From the NCBI GenBank assembly GCA_951406725.2, contig OX597818.1:86118001-86182000 (forward strand): DNA of 64,000 bases, written 5' to 3'. The stretch is from Octopus vulgaris. Taxonomy: Eukaryota. The notes under the pieces are model-generated. The model had not been told where the DNA came from and did not search any database. It saw only the letters and a list, made by a program, of their open reading frames with translations. Each line of letters opens with the position of its first letter. The first letter of the stretch is position 1. A program made the position numbers and the translations under genes. Below are positions 1 through 11,023 of the stretch, in pieces.

Positions 1-81
1 TGTCTGTCCGTCCGTCCGTCCGACCGTTTGTCTGTTTGTCTGTCTGTCTGTCTATCTGTCTGTCTATCTATCTATTTATCC

Positions 82-149
<68 letters not shown>

Positions 150-175
150 GTCCGTCTGTCTGTCTGTATGCATGT
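1..175. repeat. Compound (TGTC)n/(TATC)n microsatellite
   Basis: Direct tetranucleotide repeats. Confidence 0.95.
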
Positions 176-228
176 AAGTCTCTCTGTCCGTTATTCTTGA
201 TATCTATCCGTGTTTGTGTGTGTGTGTG

Positions 229-395
229 TACGGTAGGATTCCGCTCAGTTTCGATCAACCAAATTCACTCACAAGTCAGTGGTAGGCTTGGCTCTATAGT
301 ACAAAGTAGATGCCTAAGGTTCGTCGCAGCATGACTGAACCAGAAACTTCGTGGTTACAAAGCGATCTTCTTATCGACCCACACACACATGCCTG
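229..395 (-). mobile_element. Degenerate tRNA-derived CORE-like SINE (family B), 5' part
   Basis: Reverse complement resembles the 32447-32855 copy (cagtttc..caaattcactcacaag..gactgaacc..cgtggtt). Confidence 0.7.
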
Positions 396-1929
396 TACCT
401 GTATTAACAAGTGCTACATTGATGATCTGTCAAGGCTGGGGATTGTAGAGAAATAATTTTACTATGCTACATGTAGTTTGTCGATTCAAGTTGTAAGTGG
501 AAAATGAAAATATGCAAGTTTAGCATGTTTCAGATTTACTTACATTGATATCTAAAATCGATACATATATGCATACAAACACATATACATACACATATAC
601 GCACACACACACACGTGTGTGTGTGTGTGAGATTGCGTGTTTGCATATCAATTACATTCGTATATGCTGATCTAAAATGATGCATCAAGTTCTGTGCCTG
701 TACACCGTTCGTAGAGATAGATAAAATATACATTATTAGTAGACAGAAATAAACTCTGAGATCGATGTGATAAGCGAAACCATTGATAGCAGTGCTACAG
801 CATGGGCGCAGTCAATTAACATAAACCCCCACGTGCGTCGATCTAAATCTGTAATTAAAATGCAACAATGCAGACCACAGAGTTTATCTGTTATTGATGT
901 ATAACATAAAGAGTGAACTTCTAGACGAGGATAACTTTGAATGTTATACACGCTATGTGAATAACAATGTTTCGTGTCTGTATATTAATGCGTGTATGTG
1001 TGTGTGTGTATGACTATGTGCGTAATGTGTGTGTGCTAGCAAATATGTGTATATCACACTATATGGATAAACAAAGTAAATGTGTGTTCAGTGATGCGTC
1101 TGGTTTTAAATTAGGCAGCCATGTTGCGGAGAAGCGATGTTGTTAAGCAATAGTTTTATGGCGTAGGAGTTAAGAGCAAGGCGAGGAATATTCTACTTCT
1201 GGGACATGTTTGTACAGTTGGATTGGTGACTGGGTTCTAAATAAATACAGCATTAGTTTGCTTTGAAAAGGCGGATTCTAACGAGAGAAGTAGAGCTATC
1301 TATTAAATGAGAATGTAATTAAAATAAGGAACCCAAACCGGTTCATTCCAGTTGAAGCAATTATATAGCCTCGATGCATAACACTGGAATTAATAGTAAA
1401 AGTAGGCACTAGAATACTCGGTAGAAAACTGGAGAATTTTGATTAAAATTACATCCTCAATAATGAGAAAAATCGTATTGTACAAGACTAAAACTGGACA
1501 AAAAATAATAATAATGAAGGGGTGGGTAATAAATTAAAAAATTTAATTAACTGAAATTAATTAAATATCGAATTCACTAGAGTGTGAGTCACTCCTTTAG
1601 CAGTAGAACAATAACTCAAGGTACGTTTCGATCTTATTAACTCTTATCAGTGAGACATTTTCTAATTGTGAATGTTAGAACTAAGAACAAATTCAGAGAT
1701 ATAGGAATTTTGTAAGTTAGTATAGAATGGTGCTATTAATTTTTTTAAAAAAAGCTGATACCAAGGACTGCTTATGGCATTAAAACATGATAGAAAAATT
1801 GGCGGTAGTATAATTAATGTTGGCAAGAACTACATTAAAATTGTTATTTAATTTCAAGTAATATCGTTATAGTTTTCACTGATTCTTTAATTGAAGCATT
1901 ATGCCTCGGATAATCTTGAGTTCCTGTGC

Positions 1930-1962
<33 letters not shown>

Positions 1963-2051
1963 TGTATGTATGTACTTATGTACATACATACGTTCATGCA
2001 TACGTTCATACATACATACATAGATACGTACATACGTACATACATACATGC

Positions 2052-3790
2052 ATCAATAGCTGGATTACTACCTCCCTCTTTGAAGAGTATGTAATCTAGG
2101 AACAGGAAATATCAATCAAATACCTGATACCCAAAAGGGATAGAGATACAGGAAAAGCAGTAAAATGTAACAACCGATGCAGACTTTGTGGAGTTCACAC
2201 TGAAGATATCACCCACATCATAAGCAGTTGTCAGAAAATGTCATTACGGTATTATCTACCGATGAGACATGATGCTGTAGCTAGGACACTCTATAATAAA
2301 ATCTGTCAGAAGGATAATCTTGAGGACAAAGAAATAAGAACCCATAATATGGTAGAAACCATAGCCATTCATAATAAAAAGGAATACTGGTGGAACGTAC
2401 CAGTGAAGACCTCAATATAATGTAAGAACAACAGACCTGATATAATGATTTGAGATAGAGAAGAGAAACTGTGCACAGTTGTGGAAATTAACTGCCCAGC
2501 GGATGTTAACATAAAGCTGAAGATCAGTGAAAAAGAGAACATCTATGCTGAACTATTGAGGAATCTGGAGTTACTCTATCCAGATTACAAGTTCGGTGTT
2601 TATACCTGAAATTATTGGGGGCCTGGGATATGTAACACTGCCTAAATACCAATCTTGAGAAATTAGGTCTCTCAAAATCAGAAAGGAGAAGGCTTATTCG
2701 ATGACTATAGATCCAAACCATCACTGGAACTGTAAAAATCTGTAAAACTTTCCAGAAGTTTATCATTTAAATATATACGAGCATGCCTAGATATGCAAAT
2801 ATATGCATGAGAATACATACATAAAACATACAAATTTGCACATACATGGTGGTTGTCTACCCCTTATGCAGAATTTGACCACCTCCTGTACTTACACCAT
2901 AGAACCATCATGACATGTGATGTGTTTTTTTAAACCAGACAATGTTCTGAAAAGATACCCACACAGATTTCACATCCGATTTGGACCACCAAGAGCTACA
3001 GATAAGTCCTGATCTTTGTGGATCTTAAAATGTTTTTTGAGGCCTCCGTTAGATTTACAAACCTTCTAGCATACACTGCATTCAAAGGTGTGCACAGACA
3101 TATAGGCAGAATAGTTGGTGGAAGTTCTTTATCCATGGGTTCTAAATGAGATCTGAGCCCAGCAAAAGAAAGGCATGGTGTGTCACAAACTGTGCACACA
3201 AAAAGGTCATTGCCATTAACCTTCTCGATCTTAACATTCTTCCTTAGATCTCTTTTGAGTCTTATATGCGTTATCCTGACCTCTTCAAATGCTTTCACCC
3301 CACTCCACACTTTTGTTCGCCATCAAGCTCGATCCAAAGCAAGGGTTTCTGTCTTCTGGATAAATTCCAAGTGATTTCATAGTAATCCTTATGCCGTCCT
3401 TAAACCTGTCTTTAGGTTTACGCCGATAACGTTCCTTCTGCAAGCTCACCACAAAACAGCTGTTTCGGCATGCCTTCATTTGCCATTTGAACAATATGGT
3501 CACACCATCTCATTTGGTTCCTCAACATCACACATACATACATACATACATAAATACACATACATACATACATACATACATACATACATACATACATACA
3601 TACATACATACATACATACATACATACATACATACATACATACATACATACATACATACATACATACATACATACATACATACATACATACCCTGTTGAA
3701 GTTGAAATTACAATGAAGCCTTGGATCTAGGTTAGAAACCGGTTCTTTCTCTATTGACAAGAAATCTTGAAATAAACTGAATAATGACAT
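2052..3790 (+). mobile_element. 5'-truncated R4/Dong-like (restriction-like endonuclease) LINE in (CATA)n, interrupted by an RTE insertion
   Basis: Translation across stops gives CRLCGVHTEDITHIISSC (CCHC knuckle), RHDAV, NRPDI and VEINCP..K...Y (PD-D/ExK nuclease), ending ICKTFQKFII*. The 3' UTR resumes at 3691-3790 and matches 16995-17235 and 54130-54410. Confidence 0.85.
2848..3530 (-). mobile_element. RTE-clade LINE 3' fragment with C-terminal C2H2-like finger
   Basis: QMRWCDHIVQM..MPKQLFCGEL, RKPKDRFKD, GVKAFEE, CTVCDTPCLSFAGLRSHL are typical RTE/BovB C-terminal motifs; frameshifted. Confidence 0.85.
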
Positions 3791-3805
3791 ACATACATAA
3801 ATACA

Positions 3806-3839
<34 letters not shown>

Positions 3840-4105
3840 AATACTTAAATACTTAGATAAGTTTCGGCCAGAATTGGTCCAAGCCATGGCCATGGCCAAA
3901 TTAATAGTACCACCTGGGGGAAAAACGTTTAATAATGATTAATAATACAGTCCTTCTTTTGGTATCATAGCCCATTCGAATAAAGATGTATTGCTTGCAG
4001 GGATATGTTAGGGTGTAGGCGGGTTATCTGGAATTTATTCATCCAGGAGCAGTTTGGAGATCTTTTTTTTATTCCTTTATGCGCCTTGGCATGATAAAAA
4101 AGCAG

Positions 4106-4110
<5 letters not shown>
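3840..4110 (-). mobile_element. CR1/L2-group LINE 3' end fragment
   Basis: Degenerate IPDNPPTP..SLFEWA reading. The terminus (aggtggtactatta..catggc..ctggcc) matches the 38450-38843 copy. Confidence 0.7.
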
Positions 4111-4193
<83 letters not shown>

Positions 4194-4201
4194 AATGTAT
4201 G

Positions 4202-4265
<64 letters not shown>

Positions 4266-4784
4266 GGCGAATTGACAGAGTCATCACTATTATTATATGG
4301 CATTTGATCCTGCTCTTTGCTTTCTGAGTTCTTAGAATAGTAATCAAATACGTCACAAGGTTTAAACCAGTATCAAGTCCATGGGTTCATTTAATGATGT
4401 TTTACTCTGTTGGAAGCATTTTGAGCCAGGGCTCTACTTTGCGGATAACTTCTTCCTCTCATCCCACCAACCTCGGAGACCCTGAAAATGCACAAGGTCC
4501 CGGACACTGACCCCTTTCTTTTACTAGACCGCATAAAACGGGATTAGTATTAGACATGTTTTAAACACAATTCGTGGGACTAGTAATATTTCATTTCTTT
4601 ATTATTCGTTATTGATTAACTATTTAATTATTTAAGTAGTCGGTTGCATGATTAATCATTCCGTTAATCAATCAATCATTTCTATTTGTAAAGAAAAAGT
4701 TAATCTATCTAAATAAGATTTTATTCAACTGGTTCTTATATTTTAGCTTAAATTATTCTAAAGATTATGTCTTGGGCATGAATT

Positions 4785-5340
4785 CAAACTGCATCCGGTA
4801 CTGGGATCCTGGTTTAGGAGCTTCAGGGTCTGAGAAATGTGGAACCACCTCTTAACTACTATTGCTGTCAGGTTCACTTTGACCCAGAATTGTAACACCT
4901 GTTAGGGCCTCAGTTATGGGTTAATTAGCATGCTATGGAAGAAACTCCAAGCACAAACTCTCAGAACCTTTTGAATATCTTTGGAAAAGAAAAGGCCGAG
5001 GGAGTCAACCTCGACACTAAATAAAAGTGGTGTCCGTTAGGCCGTCCGGTGATCCTTTTGACACCCTTCTGACGACTCCAGGTAGTTGGAACTCTCCAAC
5101 TCTGTAAGGTAATTCACCTAGAAGAAACCTATAACCTGCTGATCACCTCAGGCATCTTAGCCTGTTGAGCCACTGTTGTCAGACGTCCAAATCTACAGAA
5201 TAGGATGGGATTGCGATGACTAACTCTTAATGTAAGACTACTAAATGCAGGACAAGACAAAAAGATCCGCAGCGTCAAGAATCAGTTTACATAGTCACTT
5301 GAGAGCGTGGCGCTTTTCCTTGTGATCTTCGGACAGGAAG
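4785..5340 (+). mobile_element. Old interspersed repeat (SINE-like or LINE 5' UTR-like)
   Basis: 4785-4932 is a diverged homologue of 7298-7444 (aactgcatccggta...gggttaattagcatg). Confidence 0.5.
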
Positions 5341-5835
5341 AAAGTACCATCATCATTTTAAAAATTCCAAAATCAGTTATACTCGATTTTCATGGAGTTC
5401 AAGGACGTTCGAAAGAATTTAATCCTGCAGTTATCTGCTAATTATATAATTAAAAAAATAACCATTTTCACGCGTTCATTTGCTAAATATGCAACCATAT
5501 GATGAATTAAGAAAAACAAAACAAAACTAAACTAAAAGAAAGCCCAGTAATATAATACCTGGATTTCTTTGAGATAACCGGAGGAATTAACGAAGGATTA
5601 CAAAGATAATGAGGATTATACTCGCACAAGACAACAGTGACTTACAGAAATACCATGTACATAAGAGAAAACTTGACTGACGTAAAGTGAGTGCTCTTGC
5701 CGGAAGCTATATACAAAAGTTATTCCGAACATTTGAGTATTCAGAGGACTGGGTAGGAATGGTGTGTTTAGCAGAAAAATTTGAACATTTAGCGTATAAT
5801 ATAGTGATCGCTGTTATCAATATTTATTGTTTTAT

Positions 5836-5848
5836 ACTGCTGCTGCTG

Positions 5849-5915
<67 letters not shown>

Positions 5916-6205
5916 TATAATCACCGCCACGACGACGACCACCACTACCACCACCACTACCACCACCACTACTCCCACTACTACTACTTCTACTACTACC
6001 ACCACCCACCACCGCTTCTACTACTAGTACTACAACTACTACTACTACTACTACCAACACTACTACTATTAATATCGCCTCTACCTTCATTACTACTATT
6101 AGTACTACGACTACTGTCGCTGCTACTACCGCTACTACTACTACCACCACCAATACTACTACTATTAACACCGCCTCTACCATCATTACTACTACTACTA
6201 CTACT
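5836..6205. repeat. (CTA)n/(CCA)n compound trinucleotide repeat
   Basis: Direct repeats; source of the poly-T/L/V/S pseudo-ORFs. Confidence 0.95.
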
Positions 6206-6347
6206 ATTTTGTTGCCAAGGTCGATTTTGTTTTGCGTTCTTTCGGGGTTAGATGATGTAAGTACCAATAAATACTAGAGCCGATTAAATTGACTGCACCC
6301 AGCCCCACCCACTCTTCCGATAATTTGATCTCATGCCAAGTTTAGAC

Positions 6348-6366
6348 ATTATTATTATTATTATTA

Positions 6367-6416
<50 letters not shown>

Positions 6417-6498
6417 GTTATTATTATTATTATTGTTGTTGTTGTTGTTAGTATTGTTGTTGTTGTTATTATTATTATTATTATTGTTATTATTATTA

Positions 6499-6571
<73 letters not shown>

Positions 6572-6683
6572 CTGAAATTGTTAAATGTTAGAATCGATTA
6601 CACAATTCCCTTCATATATGTGGCCTCATGCCAATGTTAACTACCACTAGCTCCACCGCCATCATAATTTTTATTTAAAATAA

Positions 6684-6739
<56 letters not shown>

Positions 6740-6810
6740 AATCATCTTCATCATTACCACCACCACCAACAACAACAACACCTCCACTACCACCACCAAT
6801 ATCATCATTA
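6348..6810. repeat. (ATT)n/(GTT)n microsatellite tracts
   Basis: Direct repeats. Confidence 0.95.
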
Positions 6811-7297
6811 TTGTAGCCTTTCTCGGCTTAGGAATCGTATATCGCAATTTATTATATCGAGAGCGAATTACAGTGAATTTTGAGGTCTAAACCATTTTAT
6901 AATGCCTAATTTTATTCGACAGCTTCTCTAGATCTCTAACACTCATTCATAGTTTCGGTGTAGTTGATGATTGGCAGTGTCCTGAACCGAAATTGTGTGA
7001 TGAAACTGAAGCCGTTACACTGTGGTAGAACCATCATACCCTTCTAAAAGTTAATAAAAAGTCATACAATTATTTTCAATTTACTTTGTGAGCTGTCCAA
7101 ATTTTCGGCACACCACTGCAATCAGAGGACTAATACAACTATATTGCAGCTGTTTGAGACTAAGTCAAGCACAATAAAACTCGCCAGTAACTCGTTTTAA
7201 TATTTCAGATGTTTTCAGAGGAGAATATATTTGGAGTACGAGCATTTTGCTATAATATTTATTATATTTTAAGTATTTACGTTGACTCTTAGTCTTA

Positions 7298-7444
7298 AAC
7301 TGCATCCGGTAGCGGGGTTCTGGTTTAAGAGCCCCATGCTTTTCAGAAGAGTAGAGTTACCTCTTAGTCACTACTGTTCAAAGGTCTGCTCCGACTCAAA
7401 GTAACAGCACCCGTCATAATTTCAGCTGCGGGTTAATTAGCATG
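7298..7444 (+). mobile_element. Second copy of the old interspersed repeat at 4785
   Basis: Collinear similarity to 4785-4932. Confidence 0.5.
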
Positions 7445-10011
7445 TAAATAAAGGTCAGCTGTGAATATGGCAATAAGCAGTCTCGGACCAAATAACAGCC
7501 TAGCTTCCGGTAATCACCCGATCAGGTTTACATTGAAATAATGGAATGTACCATGGTGGATGCGAACAATTTCGTCAAATGAACTTCCCAAGTCACTGGC
7601 GACTATCACTAGAGGCAGTGTGTATGAACACTCAACAAACTGTTCAACGGCCATGGTCAACCTGTTCAGTTAGCGAACTACAGCTGTCATCAGTAGTCGT
7701 GGCACACGCAGATGAGACATTTACATGCCGAAATAACGATACGATTATTAGTCTGGGCAAGTAGCCCGACCGGATACTGCTGCTGCTGCTGTTGTTGTTG
7801 TTGTTGTTGATGATGATGATGATGATGATGAAGATGATGATTAGGAAACCAGGTGAGAGTGTTAGGAGGCATATCCAGATATATTACTACAGGTATCATG
7901 TCTCCTTCAGAGATTACATATTTGCAAGTGTTAAGTGACAATTTTAATTCTTCTCTAATTTTTCTTGTTACATAATCCCAAATCTTCGTGCAACTAGGTA
8001 TTGAACTATTAATATTTGTTATGGTAATGACTTTTGTTCTCTTAGCTCTATTCTCTCTTTTCATACTTCTTTTCTTCATTTCGTCTCTGCCCTCCATTTT
8101 CTCTCGTTTCTGACGAAAGACTATGTCCGAAACATTAGACTTTCACTCAATAACTTTTACTCTATAACCCTTTTCCTTTGAACGTCAACCTAATAATACT
8201 AACTATAAACGATCTCTGCATTTTTATTGCATTTGTATTTTATCTTCGTTACACACACACATACACACACACAGATAATACGCACATGTATGTATATGTA
8301 AGTGTATATATACATATGTGTTTATGTATAATATGTATATATAGACTATTTGAATGATAAGATTTCCAACAAATTTAGCTCTTAATTAAGTAATAATTAT
8401 ACATTCTACACATATTTTGATGAAGTTGTATTCATTACTAACATGAAGCACAGCATAATAATTGTTACTATACAGAAAAGAAAAGAAAAAACTATATAAT
8501 CGTATAATGCTTCCAAGCGTAAAAGTGAGAATATTTTATGGTGTATTACAGTCTTTAGTTTAAAAGTCCGCACCCGCAATACTATAGTCTCTATAAGCTT
8601 AAAATCTTTACCATTTTCCAATAAAATAAAGGAAAGAGTATTTTATTGAAAATAAGATGAATGCAAGCTATTCATATTGTAAACATTTTGTTACCTTCAA
8701 TAACCGTTTTTATTCTAGAAACATTTCCTATAACAATATTGTAGTTTCTTTTCGTATTTGTAGCAACATTACTCCAAACAAATACCCCTGAATAGTTACT
8801 GTATTTTGAAAGCTTTAAGCTACTGTGCTGAAGTTCAATTTGAAAATATCAGTACCCCTGCAGGAATATAATTTTGAACGCTTTGAAGTTCTTTGCTATC
8901 ACCATATTCATATATTTAAGATACCCGAAGGAAACTTTTCAACAAGTGTCTCCAAACACATTTGGTTCAGAAAAAAATCCATATCCGTAACATTTAAAAT
9001 ATAATGATTGATTAGCTTTTAATCAAGATTGTACTGCAGCCCCTGTTTAGGTGGAAAATTATAGATATTACTTTGAAATAACAAATGATGAAATGAACAT
9101 TCAGAAACTTTAGGTATGCTTCAAAAAATTTTACTTCCTCGTTAGGTAAAGCCTAATGGCTGACTGGAACATTAGAAGTTTAAAAATCAGTTTATAACCA
9201 CACTTTTTTGTAATTTTATCAACACCTTTTTAAAACCACTATCTTTTTAAAACCATTATCTCCCTTCCTCTCTCAAATTTTCCTTTAAAGTTACGCACTG
9301 CCAATATATGTGTAACTTTTACTCTTTTGTATATATCATATATATTTAGAGACATAATTAATCTTATTCTTTTCATATTGCTTTGCATGAGTCATTCTTA
9401 TCACAAACCACTTTAACTGCAATCTCTGATCTATTTTTCGACCCGATCATGACCCAGTAATATTCCGTTAATATTTTATACAACTAACCACTGTCTGCCA
9501 TGATATTCAGAGATTTATATATATACACATTGTATATCAAATTTCAAGTTTTATACTGAATAAAGGCCCCAAGGTCGGTAGTTGAAACAGTAGAGTAACG
9601 ATACGTAAAGTTTCAGCTTAGACACACAGACACACACACACACACACATCCGTATATATTGCTAGAAGAAACGCATGAAATATAATTGGTATTTTAAAAC
9701 ATACAGTTGTTTCAGTAAAACGATAGAAAAACAAACACTGAGAAGGTGATTTGCGCAGCAAGGAAGGTCGTTTTACTGTATCTTTGTGTGTTTTAAAAAC
9801 ACGTGTATGCTTTATAAAACTTTACTATAATGCGACCCGAATTCTGCAGATTAGGTTATTTGAAAGTATGACAGCATTATCTAACCACATTGGGTATACG
9901 AGAGGAGTGTGAAATATTTTATTGAGCCCAAAACTTTGCTTAACGTGGAAAGCCTTCCAGTGCACTCTTATGCTACACGCTATGCCTAACATTAGCGGTA
10001 TTAACATTGGC

Positions 10012-10047
<36 letters not shown>

Positions 10048-10048
<1 letters not shown>

Positions 10049-10438
10049 TAGCAGTATCGCCCGGCGTTGCTCGGGTTTGTAAGGGAAATAACTATATAAG
10101 CATTTTTAGAGAGTTATAGCCCAAAAATAGCAAAAAAAATGCATTAAAAATGGAAAAAAAATGATGGTAACTTTTTTTTTAAATCGTTGACTCATCGTAA
10201 ACATTTTTAGAGAGTTACTTCCCTTATATAATAATAGCGAAAAAATGCATTAAAATGGAAAAAAAAATGATGGTAATTTTTTTTTAAATTGTAGACTCAT
10301 CGTAGACGCGCGCTAATACCCAGAAGGGCTCGATATGAATCACGACTATAAGATACCCGCTTTTGGTTACACTGCACCGCAAAATGTGGGAGTAGTTAGG
10401 AATCTAAATCGTAGGAGACAGACACACAACTTGACTTT

Positions 10439-10445
<7 letters not shown>
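10048..10445 (-). mobile_element. Non-autonomous Helitron
   Basis: On the minus strand a GC hairpin (cccgagcaacgccggg, 10060-10075) lies 8 nt before a terminal CTAG followed by T. Flanked by (TA)n; contains an internal ~100-bp tandem duplication (about 10101-10200 and 10202-10304). Confidence 0.75.
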
Positions 10446-10513
<68 letters not shown>

Positions 10514-10544
10514 GGAGTTAACGCAGGTGTAAACAAGTATTTTT

Positions 10545-10630
10545 ACTTTCGACACATGTTTCGAAAATTCCACTGATACTATTCAAAAGAATAAATGGTA
10601 TAAACAATGCAATCTTCTCTTCGGGAAAGT
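10545..10630 (-). ncRNA. Hammerhead ribozyme-like motif (inverted pLTR copy)
   Basis: Mirror image of 10689-10774. Confidence 0.65.
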
Positions 10631-10650
10631 GAAAAAACGAAACTCGTCAA

Positions 10651-10968
10651 TTTTGCTAAAATGTCTTATTGACGAGTTTCGTTTTTTCACTTTCCCGAAG
10701 AGAAGATTGCATTGTTTATACCATTTATTCTTTTGAATAGTATCAGTGGAATTTTCGAAACATGTGTCGAAAGTAAAAATACTTGTTTACACCTGCGTTA
10801 ACTCCATTTTTTATTCATATTATTCAAAATATTCAACGTAAACACGAAGTTTTAACATTTATAACAAGGAGTTACAACACCTTTACTTGTGAGATTTTTG
10901 CTGCCCTGGTAACTATTTATTTATTTTTCCGTGTTAATTGTTAACAAGGTAAAAATACACTCATCTAT
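10651..10968 (+). repeat. 5' pseudo-LTR
   Basis: Matches 13515-13831 with about 3 substitutions and a 1-nt indel (by eye). Confidence 0.95.
10689..10774 (+). ncRNA. Type-I hammerhead ribozyme-like motif, U4C variant
   Basis: actttc-CCGAAGA-gaagatt...aattttc-GAAAC-atgt-GTC-gaaagt: stem I actttc/gaaagt, long stem II, minimal stem III with palindromic ACATGT; predicted cleavage after 10768. Confidence 0.7.
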
Positions 10969-11020
10969 TTATAATACTTTAATCAGGTTTATTAATAACC
11001 TGCTAACTGAATAGTTACAG
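10949..11020 (+). other. Candidate 72-nt spliceosomal intron in the element's 5' UTR
   Basis: aag|GTAAAA donor, gCTAAC branch point at 11003-11007, ttacAG acceptor 3 nt before the ATG at 11024. Penelope-like elements are known to retain such introns. Confidence 0.55.
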
Positions 11021-11023
11021 CAT

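Larger units (their letters stand above)
10508..10811. repeat. 144-bp inverted repeat (arms 10508-10651 and 10668-10811, 16-nt loop)
   Basis: aaaaatggagttaacgcagg...ctcgtcaat is the reverse complement of attgacgag...cctgcgttaactccattttt. Confidence 0.95.

Noticed and set aside
8345-9660. Possible long non-autonomous Helitron body
   Set aside because: The end resembles Helitron-type subtermini, but no CTAG-plus-hairpin terminus or second copy is visible, so it cannot be supported.
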